Positions 1-13,475 of a stretch of DNA of 64,000 nucleotides are shown here, piece by piece (position 1 is the stretch's first letter; every line of letters starts with the position of its first letter). A model generated the notes under the pieces. It was not told the DNA's origin, made no database searches, and saw only the letters and a list, made by a program, of their open reading frames with translations. This stretch comes from Amphiscolops sp. MND2022. Taxonomy: Eukaryota. Position numbers and translations under genes: made by a program. The DNA is taken from assembly GCA_964187785.1 (NCBI GenBank), contig OZ076414.1, positions 39,928,001-39,992,000 of the forward strand, in the 5' to 3' direction.

Positions 1-1805
1 CCTTCCCTTTGATATTTTCTTGCTCCCAAACTTGATGCTCTTGCGCTGGGACAGTGTGTCCGGACGTATCAGCTTCTTTCCACATATGAGGTTTCTCATC
101 ACCTTCAAAACTGAATGCCAAAATCACATTTATGCTTTTGGATCACACTTATGCCAGAAATGTCCAAGGTTAGAGTTTTATTGCCACTAAGTTCAAAATC
201 CACAACGGATGTTTTACGAAGCTTTGTTTTCCTAGGCAATATCATCCTGCAAGTTGGAAAATCTCTCTATCCGGGCAATATGCTCAGTGCTCATCAACAA
301 ATGGAAGCCAGTCCTAATGTATTTCACAAAGATGACCCCTCCTCAAGCTAATCAAGGAGCGAATTTGCATCTCCTCCTTTAATTCCTTCCTTTTCCAATA
401 CCAGAAGTGCAGGCTATAGATCTTTCACACACTGCGTCAATGTTTTTTAGCCTCAGAATCTTGATTGGGCAATTATCACTGATGAACGTTTCGTGGACAA
501 ACTAGAACTCTTCGGACGACTGGTTCGGCATAGTATTCATTCTTTAACTTTTGCCCGCTTCGTGTAATCTGATTCTGACATTTCTAGTTTTTCTAGTTCC
601 CCCATCGTCTTGTAGTCTTGTTGTCTACACTTGATTTCAGGAGATGATGTTAAGTTGGTTTTGTTGTTTGTTCCCCAGATAACAACAGTTTCGCAGACAA
701 AAGACGAAACCCCCCGACTCGGGGTTCCTGACGTATCGAGAATTACATGCCTTCGTCCGCAAACTGTGTTCACGGGCCCTCCTTCCACAACACGTTCCTG
801 GGTGACCGACTGGATGTTCTGGACAAGAGTTACGGCAGTTATCCAACGAGATGTCCTCCATCGCTTGAAATTGAAAGTTGACGTAGAAGCTTTCTGTCGG
901 ACACGGGCCCTACGGGAGAACAGTGAGAACAAACTTACTCCCCTGAGCTTGAACCTGCAACCGGATGAGTTTGTTGCAAAGGCCCGCAACTACGGGATCT
1001 TCTTATTGGAGGCTTTCTTGGCCGATATCAGCCTCAATGCTGACATTGTACGAGGCCTCAAAAGTTTCAATCCAGTTGTGCTTCTAACCTTGCCTTTGGA
1101 GCAGGCCACATGTTGCTTTCCTGCTTCATACCACACCTTCCATCTCCGAAGGTTGCTGGCCAACTCTCCTCAAACAGAGCCTAGGGACGAGTATCTACAG
1201 TATCTGGAATTTTTTCGAAGAACTTCTTAATTAAAGGACAGCCCGGAATCTTCCTCCGACATGGTTGCTCTTTTGACCTCGATGCCAAAACTACGGATGC
1301 GGAAGCACCTTTTTTTATTATTTCCGGCTGAGTTGCCTATGGCTAGATGCCAGTAATAGTCCAGAGTTACCAGCTGTCAATTTTCCTGAGGTAGACAGTG
1401 GAGGTCCCCGTTGTGGACGTCTCGAGGTCTCCATGCCTGCCCAATCTTTCCTTGCCAACGTCCCTGGGTCAGTTGCGATTTGAACCACCGAGGCTTCTTT
1501 GGACACTTATCGGGACATTGAGGCAAAATTAAGTAGTGCATGTGTTCCCGGGTACCTTTCTCTTGGTCTCATGTCAACAATTTTGGAAAGGCAGGGTTCC
1601 CCACAGGGTCTTATTTTCTTTTCAGAAGACTCTGGAAAACCAGGCGAAACCTATCACTCGTTCTGCAAGTTCGTCTTCCTCTAGTGCTGATTTTAAGCAT
1701 TCCAAGAGTTCCACAGGAAAGAACATTGTTCTTTCCGGGGAAACTGAGGCAACCGATACCGAGCATCCTTCAAAAGACACTGGTCCCAGCTCTTCTAAAA
1801 ATTAA
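1..1805 (+). pseudogene. Antisense accessory gene of Gypsy A (5'-truncated by window edge, stops and frameshifts); distant homologue of the Gypsy B antisense gene
   Basis: Frame-repaired translation ...IVRGLKSFNPVVLL...PRDEYLQYLEFFR...SDMVALLTSMPKLRMRKHL...ELPAVNF... ends at TAA 1803-1805, convergent on the pol stop. It aligns nearly ungapped by eye with ORF 58933..59658 and its upstream extension. Confidence 0.7.
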
Positions 1806-2390
1806 ATGTACACTGAGTACATTTGTCTTTAGTCGTTGTATGATTGTAAACTGCAATAATACAATTTGCGTTTTTTATATCCATGGCGTTTGTTATATTA
1901 CTGGCCATCTGGTCCATTTGTTCCATTTGTTCATGTTTTGTTTTGTGTATAGGCAAAATGGTCCAACGAAAACATACATGCCAGTTCAATTAACAAGATG
2001 GATTGTTTATTTGTTTTCTGGCTAGTATCTGTATTCGTCAAAAAAGTTGAGGGTGGGGTTAGGTCGAAGGTTATATTTCCCTCCTCTGTGGCTTGAAATT
2101 TCTTCCGGACTTTCATTTCCCGATATTTTGGGCACGGTTAAATATGTGCCCCTTTTTTAAACAATTTTAATATCATTTGATTCATTGGTGACGTCATTTT
2201 CAGTTTAGGCTGCGCTAGGCGGGTCATTAAATTGAGACGTTACGTCTCTCGGCTGCTGGCCGGTCTCGGCCTTGTCTCTATTTCAGTGATGTCACTTTCA
2301 TTCCTCTCGCTGCTGCCTTCATCTTCGTGTGCGTTGCTGCGTTTATCTTCGGTGACGTAATAGTCTACTTCACCGCTCGCAGCATCATTC
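499..2390. repeat. Tandem duplication unit 1 (~1.89 kb): 3' half of antisense gene, spacer and pol C-terminal tail
   Basis: aaactagaactcttcggacg at 499 recurs at 2391 and gcagcatcattc ends both units. The copies differ by scattered substitutions and small indels (roughly 97% identical by eye, not computed). Confidence 0.97.
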
Positions 2391-4279
2391 AAACTAGAAC
2401 TCTTCGGACGACTGGTTCGGCATAGTATTCATACTTTAACCTTTGCCCGCTTCATGTAATCTGATTCTGACATTTCTAGTTTTTCTAGTTCCCCCATCGT
2501 CTTGTAGTCTTGTTGTCTACACTTGGTTTCGGGAGATGATGTTAAGTTGGTTTTGTTGTTTGTTCCCCAGATAACAACAGTTTCGCAGACAAAAGAGGAA
2601 ACCCCCGACTCGGGGTTCCTGACGTATCGAGAATTACATGCCTTCGTCCGCAAACTGTGTTCACGGGCCCTCCTTCCACAACACGTTCCTGGGTGACCGA
2701 CTGGATGTTCTGGACAAGAGTTACGGCAGTTATCCAACGAGATGTCCTCCATCGCTTGAAATTGAAAGTTGACGTAGAAGTTTTCTGTCGGACACGGGCC
2801 CTACGGGGGAACAGTGAGAACAAACTTACTCCCCTGAGCCTGAACCTGCAACCGGATGAGTTTGTTGCAAAGGCTCGCAACTGCGGGATCTTCTTATTGG
2901 AGGCTTTCTTGGCCGATATCAGCCTCAATGCTGACATTGGACGAGGCCTCAAAAGTTTCGATCCAGTTGTGCTTCTAACCTTGCTTTTGGAACAGGCCAC
3001 ATGTTGCTTTCCTGCTTCATATCACACCTTCCATCTCCGAAGGTTGCTGGCCAACTCTCCTCAAACAGAGCCTAGGGACGAGTATCTACAGTATCTGGAA
3101 TTTTTTCGAAGAACTTCTTAATTAAAGGACAGCCCGGAATCTTCCTCCGACATGGTTGCTCTTTTGACCTCGATGCCAAAACTACGGATGCGGAAGCACC
3201 TTTTTTAATATTTCCGGCTGAGTTGCCTATGGCTAGATGCCAGTAATAGTCCAGAGTTACCAGCTGTCAATTTTCCTGAGGTAGACAGTGGAGGTCCCCG
3301 TTGTGGACGTCTCGAGGTCTCCATGCCTGCCCAATCTTTCCTTGCCAACGTCCCTGGGTCAGTTGCGATTTGAACAACCGAGGCTTTTTTGGACACTTAT
3401 CGGGACATTGAGGCAAAATTAAGTAGTGCATGTGTTCCCGGCTACCTTTCTCTTGGTCTCATGTCAACAATTTTGGAAAAGCAGGGTTCCACAGGGTTTT
3501 ATTTTTTTTTTCAGAAGACTCTAGAAAACCAGGCGAAACCTATCACTCGTTCTGCAAGTTCGTCTTCCTCTAGTGCTGATTTTAAGCATTCCAAGAGTTC
3601 CACAGGAAAGAACATTGTTCTTTCCGGGGAAACTGAGGCAACCGATACCGAGCATCCTTCAAAAGACACTGGTCCCAGCTCTTCTAAAAATTAAATGTAC
3701 ACTGAGTACATTTGTCTTTAGTCGTTGTATGATTGTAAACTGCAATAATACAATTTGCGTTTTTTATATCCATGGCGTTTGTTATATTACTGGCCATCTG
3801 GTCCATTTGTTCCATTTGTTCATGTTTTGTTTTGTGTATAGGCAAAATGGTCCAACGAAAACATACATGCCAGTTCAATTAACAAGATGGATTGTTTATT
3901 TGTTTTCTGGCTAGTATCTGTATTCGTCAAAAAAGTTGCGGGTGGGGTTAGGTCGAAGAATATATTTCCCTCCTCTGTGGCTTGAAATTTCTTCCGGACT
4001 TTCATTTCCCAATATTTTGGGCACGGTTAAATCTGTGCCCCTTTTTTAAACAATTTTAATATCATTTGATTCATTAGTGACGTCATTTTCAGTTTAAGCT
4101 ACGCTAGGCGGGTCATTAAATGGAGACGTTACGTCTCTCGGCTGCTGGCCGGTATCGGCCTTGTCTCTATTTCAGTGATGTCACTTTCATTCCTCTCGCT
4201 GCTGCCTTCATCTTCGTGTGCGTTGCTGCGTTTATCTTCGGTGACGTAATAGTTTACTTCACCGCTCGCAGCATCATTC
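2391..4279. repeat. Tandem duplication unit 2 (~1.89 kb)
   Basis: Near-identical to 499-2390, with duplicated ORFs in the track (e.g. 631..1230 vs 2657..3121; 1931..2116 vs 3820..4005). Confidence 0.97.
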
Positions 4280-6745
4280 GGTAGGCGTGTGGCCGTATCC
4301 AGCTATTTGTCTTTTCTTGTCTCAACCATTCGTATTCAAAATCTACTTCCGATGAAATCGTCTACAATTCGTCTCGCGGTATTACTATCTCATCGTCGGA
4401 CTATGATTTCTCTTCGGAGTAATTGCCCTCTATGGGCGTGTTAGGTACAAATTTTTTGAGTAGAATTTGAGGTAATAATTGCGTTTTGTTGATAGTTACT
4501 CGACGCACAATATAGTTGTCGTTTGACAGGAATTTTTGATTGACAAAAGGTCCAATCCAAACGGAATTTTCGATCCTTGGCTGTCAGCTTCAGGTTGTAG
4601 GTTAAAACAAAAATCCTTTTCTTTAAGCGGCGCAACCTTGGCCTTTCGGTCAAAAGAGTCCTTGTACTTTAAGTACGACTGCATTATATTTTTCTCTGTT
4701 TTGTTTGTAATTCTTCCGCATTGGTCGTCATTGGGAGAAGAACTTTATGAGGATTATTTCCTATCTCTTGATTTAGGATGTTGTAGGGAAATGCAGGGAA
4801 TGCGTCCACGGAATACCTTGCTCGGCTCTGTTCCAATACTGGAGTGGTACGTAGTTTTGTAGTTGAGTACTGCTAGTGACAAGTTTTTATGCCATTGACG
4901 CCGGTATTCCCCAGAGACCATTTTCAAACTTGTTTTTAGAGAGGCATCCGTCCATTCTCTTTTGCCAATTGTTTGCGGGTGTGTAGTAGTAACGCATTTA
5001 AGTGTTATCCCCAAAGTTTGGGCAATTTTCGCTACTGTTGATGTAAATACGGGCCCATTGTCTGTGATGAGGGTTGTCGGCAAATATGAGTCTTTTGTCA
5101 TGATATGCATTATTGCTTCGGCTACGTTTGTAGCTGTCACCTCAATGAGTGGATAGGCGAACAGGTATCATAAGAAAACATCAATTGTTGTCATCACTGG
5201 CTGGTATCCGCCAATGATAGGTATATTAGGCAGTAAATCAATCTGCATGGCATCTTCTGGACCAAGGTCCCATTGTGGCAAATTGAGCAATTCGGGCGTT
5301 ATTGCGTTGTTTCGGACACGTTTGTCCTTCGAACAAATTTCACAGCCTTCTACCCATCGTTTGACGTGTTTTGCTATTCAAATGCCTGCAACACTTTGAA
5401 TATGCCAGGATATTTGTGCCTTGCCAAGTAGCGCGTGTAGTAATTCTTTTAAGAAGTTTTTAGGTAATAAACATTGATGGTGTTTGATTTTTGATTTGTC
5501 CTGTTTCATCATATGACATCGTATTGCTGTGTCACCCACGTCGTCATCGAAGACGATGCTGTCTAAATTGTTCAAAAAATTTCCTGTTGAAGGTTTCCTC
5601 GGGTTATTCTTTTTTTCTGTATTTTTGCTTTGAGTTGAAATGGGTCTTTAGCTTGCTCCAACAAAATCTGATTGGTCCGTCGTAATTTCTGGGTGAAATT
5701 AGTAGGTTCATGCACGTTGTTTCGTAATTTTTCATCAATTTGTATCACGGTCTTGTCAACATTGTGTTTTTTTCGATAGCTTGTTGCATTCCCAAATCTG
5801 TTCTCTTGTTTAATCTCCCTCTTCAGAGAAGAACACTTGCTCTTCCTCAGATACGCCAGCTGAAAGGACATTGACCTCAATTGGACTATTTTCGACATCC
5901 TCTCGTATTTTTAAGATCAGCTTTTCTCTAGGATCCCCTTCCATACAAGACAGGAGGTTGTTGAATTCACATAATTATGTTATTGAATCACATAATCGCA
6001 AGCATTCCAGAGTGGCAGTGGTATGATTTTTGTCTGGAAGAACCTCGTGACCAATTTATTGTCTGTGAGGATAATAATTGGTTTGCTTGTTCCCTAGAAA
6101 AAATGTCCGAACCCCTTGAATGCGTAATAAATTCTTTTTCATATATTGACAATTGCAACTGCGGCGGAGTGAATGTTTTCGATCCATAGACTGTTGGCGC
6201 GTTTGATTTTTTTGACGGAAGTGTACTTTTGATTTGGGTCAACCTCCTCGTTTCCTGATTTTTCTCGTGTCGGAACAAAAACCAATATTGTTCGTATTGG
6301 TCAGTATTGTGATTGGCTTTGAGCAGACTACTGAAGTAGTAAACTGCATCTTCCTCATTTTCGTAGGGCAGTTGCCACATGGACACTGGTCCAATGGTTT
6401 GACTGATGACGTGGTCATCACTGAGAAGTTTGGGATGTGCAGACTTTTTTGAGTTTGTAAGATTGATAAGTGAAATTGTTGATTGGTAACCCCATTGTCC
6501 CTTCTAGTAAGGTGACTATCGCGGCACAAAAGGTTTCATCACATTCATCCTTTAGGATGTCACAAGGTTGCAAAATCCCAGTTACAGTAGTTTCAGACTT
6601 TTGAGATGCCTCGTCGCATGTCCAGAACAATGTGGTTCCTCTGTGGGAGCAATACTCCTATTATTGGACCAGTGAGTTTCTCCATCACAAGGAAAATTTC
6701 ATGGAACTCAAAGTCCCCAACCTCAAACTTCATGTCAGGCGAAAT
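3911..6745 (-). pseudogene. pol: Gypsy A pol remnant (protease C-terminus, RNase H C-half, integrase); RT deleted
   Basis: MKFEVGDFEFHEIFLVMEKLTGPIIG (protease end); YGSKTFTPPQLQLSIYEKEF (RNase H); LITDNGPVFTS...HPQTIG...LKTSLK (rve integrase core); tail GGKYILRPNP..., then DEYRY* after a frameshift, stop at 3911. Confidence 0.9.
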
Positions 6746-7003
6746 TGAGTCTCAAAGTCTTTAGTATAGTCCATTCGTAGTATCGTTCTCGGCGGTCGTT
6801 ATGTCCTAATTTATCTAGGCTTTTTTATAGGTTTTGACATAAGCTTTTTCCATCTGTTGCTGACAGCCAACGGCAGACATATCATTGGTGCCCTTGCAAG
6901 ATTGGCCTAATTCAATTATTAGAGTATCCGAAATGACAATACGTCGAACCGACATAAAGTCATGTATTAGGAGTTGTGTCCGAAATAGTGTTTTGAATAA
7001 CGG

Positions 7004-7208
7004 ACAGTGTTTCGGGAAATGATCAGTTGTTTTACAAAAAGAGCATTGGTCACCCTTGTTGGTGCCAATCTCATTGGACAGCACGTTGTGGTTACTTGAG
7101 GACGCTGTTGCCATGGTGGCCAATGGTACGTCATCTGATTCGTCCAATGCGTTGAGTTCTAGCTATCTTTCTATGCACTACAATATCTTCGTACATCTCC
7201 AGGAAGGT
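7004..7208 (-). pseudogene. gag: Gypsy A gag 3' part with CCHC zinc knuckle
   Basis: LELNALDESDDVPLATM...CSFCKTTDHFPKHC (C-x2-C-x4-H-x4-C). It continues the gag reading interrupted at 14684 (...PKLKLSVNMTR). Confidence 0.8.
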
Positions 7209-8431
7209 TGTTACCGCCGCAGCCTAGCGGGTTGAGACAGTCAGCAGTTTTGGTCGCCAAGATATGATCATCGAACCACTTGGATTTGGATGATCCAAGA
7301 CAAACTTGAGATTGAGTTTGAAGTGAAAATCACTGTGCTTGGCACAGAGAAGAAACCCCGACCTTACCTATAGAGCGTTCCTGCACACCGAAGTGGGTAA
7401 TGACCCAGCGGAGAAAGATAACTAACGTTCCTGCACTATCTAGACGATAGGGTAAAAACTAGAACTAGACTTCGATCGTTGTGAATTCAAAACAAAAAGT
7501 AACATTACAGCTTCTCATAGCTGTAATGTCAATAACATCATCATTAACAACAAAAACATCATCAGGCAAACAAAAAAAAACAAAACAATTACAATAAATA
7601 ATGCTTTTACTTTTAAATAATTGAGGTCAAACATATATTTAGGGGTTTTGCATGAGAGAACTTTTAGAAGGATTCAGTTAGAAGGAAAAAACTAGTAGCA
7701 CTTGCGGGGATCATTACATGCATTTAGTGATTCGCAAGATTTGCAAATGAAAACAACATTTGTCGTCGGTGTTTTGAGTCACAATGTTTGAAAACGTTTC
7801 TTTGAACGTAACAGCACTGTTGTTCGTTTACATAGGTTATGCAACTCAACTGAGTTAGCGCGGTGCATCGCTAGTGTCATGAAAGAAATATTTTTAAATG
7901 GGAGGGCAGTTGAAGCGTAGAAGACGCGGATAAATGAGCTAAGCCAAGTGAGGGCAATGGTGTTATGATCGCATTAAAATTGGACAAAGTTAGGGTGGGA
8001 TGCTTTGCTAGGAAGGATTTACTGCAAGAATCAAGTTCATTCTTGCAAGGATCACATTTTGTAGTCTGCTACTTTCGGACAATGAGTTCCACAGCTAAAT
8101 CCGATGAGTGCAAGTTGATTCCTCTGCAGTCGCTTGGCAGTTATCAAACCTTTGACCCACGGTCAGAGCTGATGAAGCTTCCTGCTTTCGGAACTCCAAC
8201 TCCTGAAGCGTTTGCTGAAACGTATAGTGAATGAAAATTGAAGCAGAGAAAGGAGTAGCCTCGGAGGCAAAAACGTGCGGAAGAAGGTGAGATCTCTGAC
8301 TCTCATTTCGTTCGAGATCCTCGAAATGATCCGGACCTTGAACCCTTTAACTCTTTGGGTCTGTAGGAATGAAGTCAATTAATTTTCCATTTGTCGATTC
8401 CTTCGTGAAATCCAAGCCAAAGTCTAGAACA
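7209..8431 (-). repeat. BEL 3' LTR
   Basis: tgttaccgcc...tctagaaca, homologous over its full length to 13476-14683. Confidence 0.93.
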
Positions 8432-8439
8432 TGCCGCCC

Positions 8440-11400
8440 AACTTGACTGACTTCGTCAGTCAATTCTAGAGGCAGACAGCGAATTGAGATTGCGGGTCGT
8501 CTGAACGTTGTTAGTACGTCCACCACTCGTGCCACTCTATCTTTTCCATGAATTACCTTTGTGGCATGTGCTAGCGGCCATCTGAACGGTGGAGAGTTGT
8601 CTTCTGTCATTAGAACAAGATCTCCCAGTTTAAGATTCTTAGAGAGTGAGGTCCATTTATTCCGTCGCTGTTGAGTTGGTAGTATTCCCCCTCCATCTAT
8701 CCCAGTAATGTCGTGACATTTGCTGGATAAGCTGCCATCGCTTTGAGTCTTTCAAGTTGTTGCCAATATCAGGAACGGAGTTCAGTGGAGCACCAATCAA
8801 GAAGTGTCTTGGGGTTAGTGCTGTTAAATCGTTTACGTCTTCGGAAAGAGGCTGCAGAGGCATTGAATTCAATATTGCTTCGATTTCAGTGTACACTGTT
8901 GTTAGATCGTCGAAGGTCAGTGCAGTGGTCCCCACGATTCTTCGCAGGTGATGCTTTGCGCTTTAAATTGAGGCCTCCCAAAGCCCCCCAAAGGGTGGAG
9001 CACTTAGTGGAACGGTTTGGCATTGGAAGTTTTCCGCGCTGTGACACAAACCTTCTTAGGGCTGCAATGCATGCCGCTGTAGATGCGGAGGAGGCCAGCT
9101 CAAGATGAACAGCCTTTATTGAGAAACAGACAAACAGCGCGAGGAAAGCTTTCATTTGCTTAGCGTTTCTCAGAGTTATAGTTTTTATGGTGAAAGGGCC
9201 TGCAAAATCCATGCCTCTTTTCATGAAAGGGCGTGAATGTGTTACTCTAGGCTGAGTAAGCTGACCCAATAATGGTGGCTTGACTTTGCTGCTGAAGCGA
9301 TAGCACGTTATGCATTTTCTGATCACATGGCGAACAACATTTCGCCCACGGATCAACCAAACGTTTTCGCGAAGTTTTGCCAGAGTCACTTGTGTTCCTC
9401 CATGCAGGATCTCGGCGTGTGTGTGTCTCACCAAGATGGTGACAACGTGATGGTTCCCTTTCAATAGGACTGGGTGTTTCGAATTTTGTGGCAGTTCTAA
9501 GTGTAAAGGTCGGCCTTCAACACGGAGCAGCCTGTATTTGTCTAGAAATGGGTTGAGTGATGCTAGCGGGTGATTTTTCGGGAAGCGTCCTGATATCCTC
9601 ATCGTGTTGATTTCTGCTTCGAATTGTTCCTCCTGAAGCAGTGAGAAAGTTGTGTTAGTGCTACCTGCAATTCAGGGCGTCAACAGTTTCCCTTGTTCCA
9701 GTGGCAGCAATTTTCAGTTTTTTGAGAAACAGATTGCAATAGCGCATTGTTCGCAAAAGGCGGTTGAAGTTGGACAATCGTTCAAACTGTATTACTGGTT
9801 GCCTTTCACTTATTACAAGAACCCTTGGTTTTCTTTCCCTCCTTTCCAAAGCCGTTTCTCCAGTTGGTTTCATAGAGACTGGCCAGGGCTCTTCAGTTTT
9901 AGAAAGCCAATGTGGTCCTCCCCACAAAAGTTTTTCCTCAATTAGCTGTGTTGCTTCTGTTCCTCTTGAAACAAAGTCAGCCGGGTTGTCTTCGATCAAT
10001 ACATGTCCCGAGTAACTTGGATGTAACGCTTCTTGAATTTCGGAGACGCGGTTAGCGACGAAAGTCTTCCAGCTTTTCGGAAGTGCGGCAAGCTATGCTA
10101 GAACAATTGTGGAGTCCGTCCAAGCCCTGCTTTTTTGCAGGGGAAAATCCAAAGTTGGAAGAGAAGATTCTACATCTTCAAGAGTTTGACTCCAAGATGG
10201 GCGGCACAAAGTTCTAATCGAGGCAGACTTACAGTTTTGGCCGGCGCGACTTTGCTTTTTGAGGCAACCAGGCTGCTTGGTACCGTTCCTGTGTCATCAT
10301 CACGTCTCTGGTATACTGGTGCTCAATACGCTATCTCGGATATGTCGGTGAACAAATGGAATTGCATTGTTGATGTTAGTGGTTTCGAGAGAACTGTGCG
10401 CTTTAATCGTAACTGTGACGAAATGGACAACTTCTTTCTCCAAGAAGTCCATTCAGAGGCAAGGTCGTTTGAAAAATGCGCATCCCAATCCAGTCCCATT
10501 ATCCAGCATCGTTGCAGTAGGCACTTGAGAACTATGGTTACAGGAGCTAGCCATCCCATTGGGTCAAAGACACTGGGGTTTCCGCTTTGTGTTTGAAGAG
10601 TCTTCGAATGGTCGTGTTGAGAAAGTAAAAGCGTCCTCCTTTGGGAACCAACGATTTCCAAGCGTTTTGATTGAGAACGTGGGGTCTTGTAAAAAGATAC
10701 TCTCTGCAAGTTCGCACATAGTATCATCATTTTGTTGCAGAACTGTAACCTTGCTTGAGGTCCATTTCCTTAAGAGCATACCGAACGAAGCTAGAGTTGC
10801 TGTGAGATCTTTTTGTAGTTTACAGGCATCTTCAGGTGTGTTGGTCCCCGTGAGGAGATCGTCGATGTATAAATCACGTTTGATTGTTCGCTGCAAGAAT
10901 GAGTCGTTGCTTAGGTTGCCAACTTCTTGAAGAGCTCACGTTGCATGAAAGGCACTTGAAACAACTCCGTATAAGACTCTTGTCATTCGGTACTGTTTCA
11001 CAGGCTGCTCCTTGCTGGGACGCCAAAGGATTCTATGGAAGTCTCTGTCATCATCGTTCAAACACACCTGCCAATTCATGTTGGCGATGTCTGCACCGAG
11101 ATTTATTCGATGCGTACTGAATCTCAGCAAGATAGAGAAGAGGTTGTCTTGAATTGATGGACGAACAAGAAGAAAATCGTTTAGTTGATGCGTCAAACAC
11201 GACGTGGGGCTTAGTTGTTGTGCTTTCCTGTGTATTATGTTAGTGCGGCAAGTAGAAACCTTCGCTAGCTTCCTTTTTCAAAGCTTCAATCGTTACTGGC
11301 TCGAGGTGTTCCATTTCAATCATTTTGTTAATGAACTCCTTGTATTGTTGTTTTAAATCATCGTTTTTTGTCGAGTCGATTTTCGAGCCATCAACATCTT

Positions 11401-13388
11401 CGTACAGCTGTGTTGAACAAGTCGCCGAGAGCATTGCAGTTTGATTTCTTTGGTAGGGAGACGGAAAAGTGGCCGTCATCTAGGCGAATTGTTGTTTGCT
11501 TGAAATGATTTTCGCATTGCATCTCTTCATGTGACAGAATGTTATCCTTCGGAAAGTCTTCAAGTTCCCAAAAGCGTTGAAGGACTTGGTTTGTTCCGTC
11601 TGTAACCGCAAAATTACAATCTGATTTCTGTGATTCTACAAAGTTATCAGAGCCTGAAATTGTCCATCCAAAGAGAGTATATTGTGCAAACAGGCCTTCT
11701 CCGAGGTTGCAGCGCTCTGGAAGAACGAGTTGGTTGAAGAGGCCAATCCCGACAATCGTTTTGATTTTTGCCGGTTTGAAGAATTCCGGATCCGATAGAT
11801 TGAGGAATTTGATTTTTGCAACAGCGTTAGTGTTCAGTTGTTGGCTTGGCAATGGATTCGTTACATCACGTAGAACATGGGCGAAAGTTTTGAGTTTCTT
11901 GCCGCTCGGTTGAATTGAAAATTCACAATTTTGCTCAATTTAGTGGATGCATTGCCTACTCCACTGATCTGACGGTTTGAGTATGTCCATTTTAAGCCAT
12001 GCTCCTTCATGAAATTGGAGCTTATTAGATGGCACTCTGAACTAGTATCTAAAAGAACACGGCAGCGTAATTGATTGTTTGCCTCGTCTAGCACTGGCAC
12101 CATGATGGTTGGAAGCACTCGTGCTGGCTTCCGAACAGGAGTCTTCACATGAGCAGTGGTACTCACGTTTGACTTGATTTCTTGATGGAGTAGAGTGTGG
12201 CGGCGTCCCTTACACGAGCTACAAGTGAACGTGCTTTTGCACTTTTGCTTATAGTGGCCTCCTTGTAAGCAATTGAAACAAAGGTTCTTGGTACTGACAA
12301 TCTGGCGACGTTCATCAACGCTGAAATCGAGAAACTCCTTGCATTGGTACAAGCGGTGATTACCACCACACTTGAGGCAGTTAACTTTGCTTGTGTGATT
12401 GGAGGTTGTTCCGCGCGATAGGGGTTGCGAGTTCTTGTTTGTGTTTGCAGCTTTGTGATTGATGTGCCTTGATGCAGCCTCAAGTGCTCCCGCAGTGTTC
12501 GACAAAAACTCCATCAGCTCCTTGTACTCTTGCAAGCTGATTCTCGGCGTTTCCAGCTTCCAGTCACGTCCCGTCTTGTCGTCAAGCTTTTCCACAACGA
12601 GGTATATCAAGATTGAGTCCCATGCTTCCATATCAATTGAGTGGGATTCAAGAGCCATGTAGTTTTCTTGGACCGTCGTGATTAGTCTGCGGATACTTTT
12701 GGCGTCACAGACAGGTGGCAGATTGCATGGATTTGGGACCGTACTATTGCTCTCTTGTTGTAATAACACTTCACAAGCATATCCCAGGCTGTTTTGTAAA
12801 TGGCGTTGGTGAGCGGCAACGATGTAATATTTTTCAAAGCTTCGTCACGAAGTGATGTTTTGAGGTATTGCATCTTTTGACAGCCACTGAGGCTTGACTT
12901 GTCGTGTTCCGCAGAAACGAAGAGCTCAGCGAATGCAGTCTACTCCGAATATTTACCTGAAAACTTTGGCAGTTCAATCCGTGGAAATTTCAAATCATCC
13001 TTTGGCTTGGAAGTTGAGCTGTTGATTGACATCGTTGGATCATGTGTTTACCCGTACGTGCTGTTTTAACCTTGAAAGTCATTGCATTTGCTGTTTTTCT
13101 GCAAACAGTGAATTCGTCGATGAGTGTAGGTGCCTTTATGATTTCGTCTTCAAGTTCTTCCTCATCGATGACCTGTTCGTTCTTTTCGTTTCTGGCTTGT
13201 ATCACCGCAAGTTTGTCTATTACAATGTCGCGCATGGACTCCAAAGTCTGTAAAATCTCCTCCGTGAAGTCTGAGACGACTATGTTGCACAAGTCTTTGA
13301 TGGTTGTAGCACACTTGCGCGTATGTGCCACGTGCCCTATCCGTTGACGTATCAGTCGTTTTATATCAGGTTAGTCTCCGTTTGACAT
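8440..13388 (-). pseudogene. pol: BEL gag-pol polyprotein, frameshifted and with stops
   Basis: ATG at 13388 (MSNGD*PDIKRLIRQR). Track fragments 12990..13331, 11861..12769, 10936..11196, 10564..10896, 10323..10730, 8886..9602 and 8347..8610 carry consecutive BEL domains. The SDNGTNF-type part of the integrase core appears deleted near 9030. Confidence 0.92.
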
Positions 13389-13475
13389 CTTGAAAGCTGA
13401 TGTAGTCGTAGTCGCTTCTTCGGGTTGTCTGATCCTCGAGCTTCTGGTTGCGTTAATCCGGATCGGCGGACCAAA

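Noticed and set aside
499-4279. Pure assembly artefact explanation for the tandem duplication
   Set aside because: The copies differ by many substitutions and indels, so an exact mis-duplication is unlikely; a haplotype mis-join is not excluded.
10135-10930. Plus-strand ORFs within BEL pol (also 8743..9108, 4536..4862, 55824..56105)
   Set aside because: These are antisense shadows of pol coding sequence, unlike the accessory genes, which lie outside pol.
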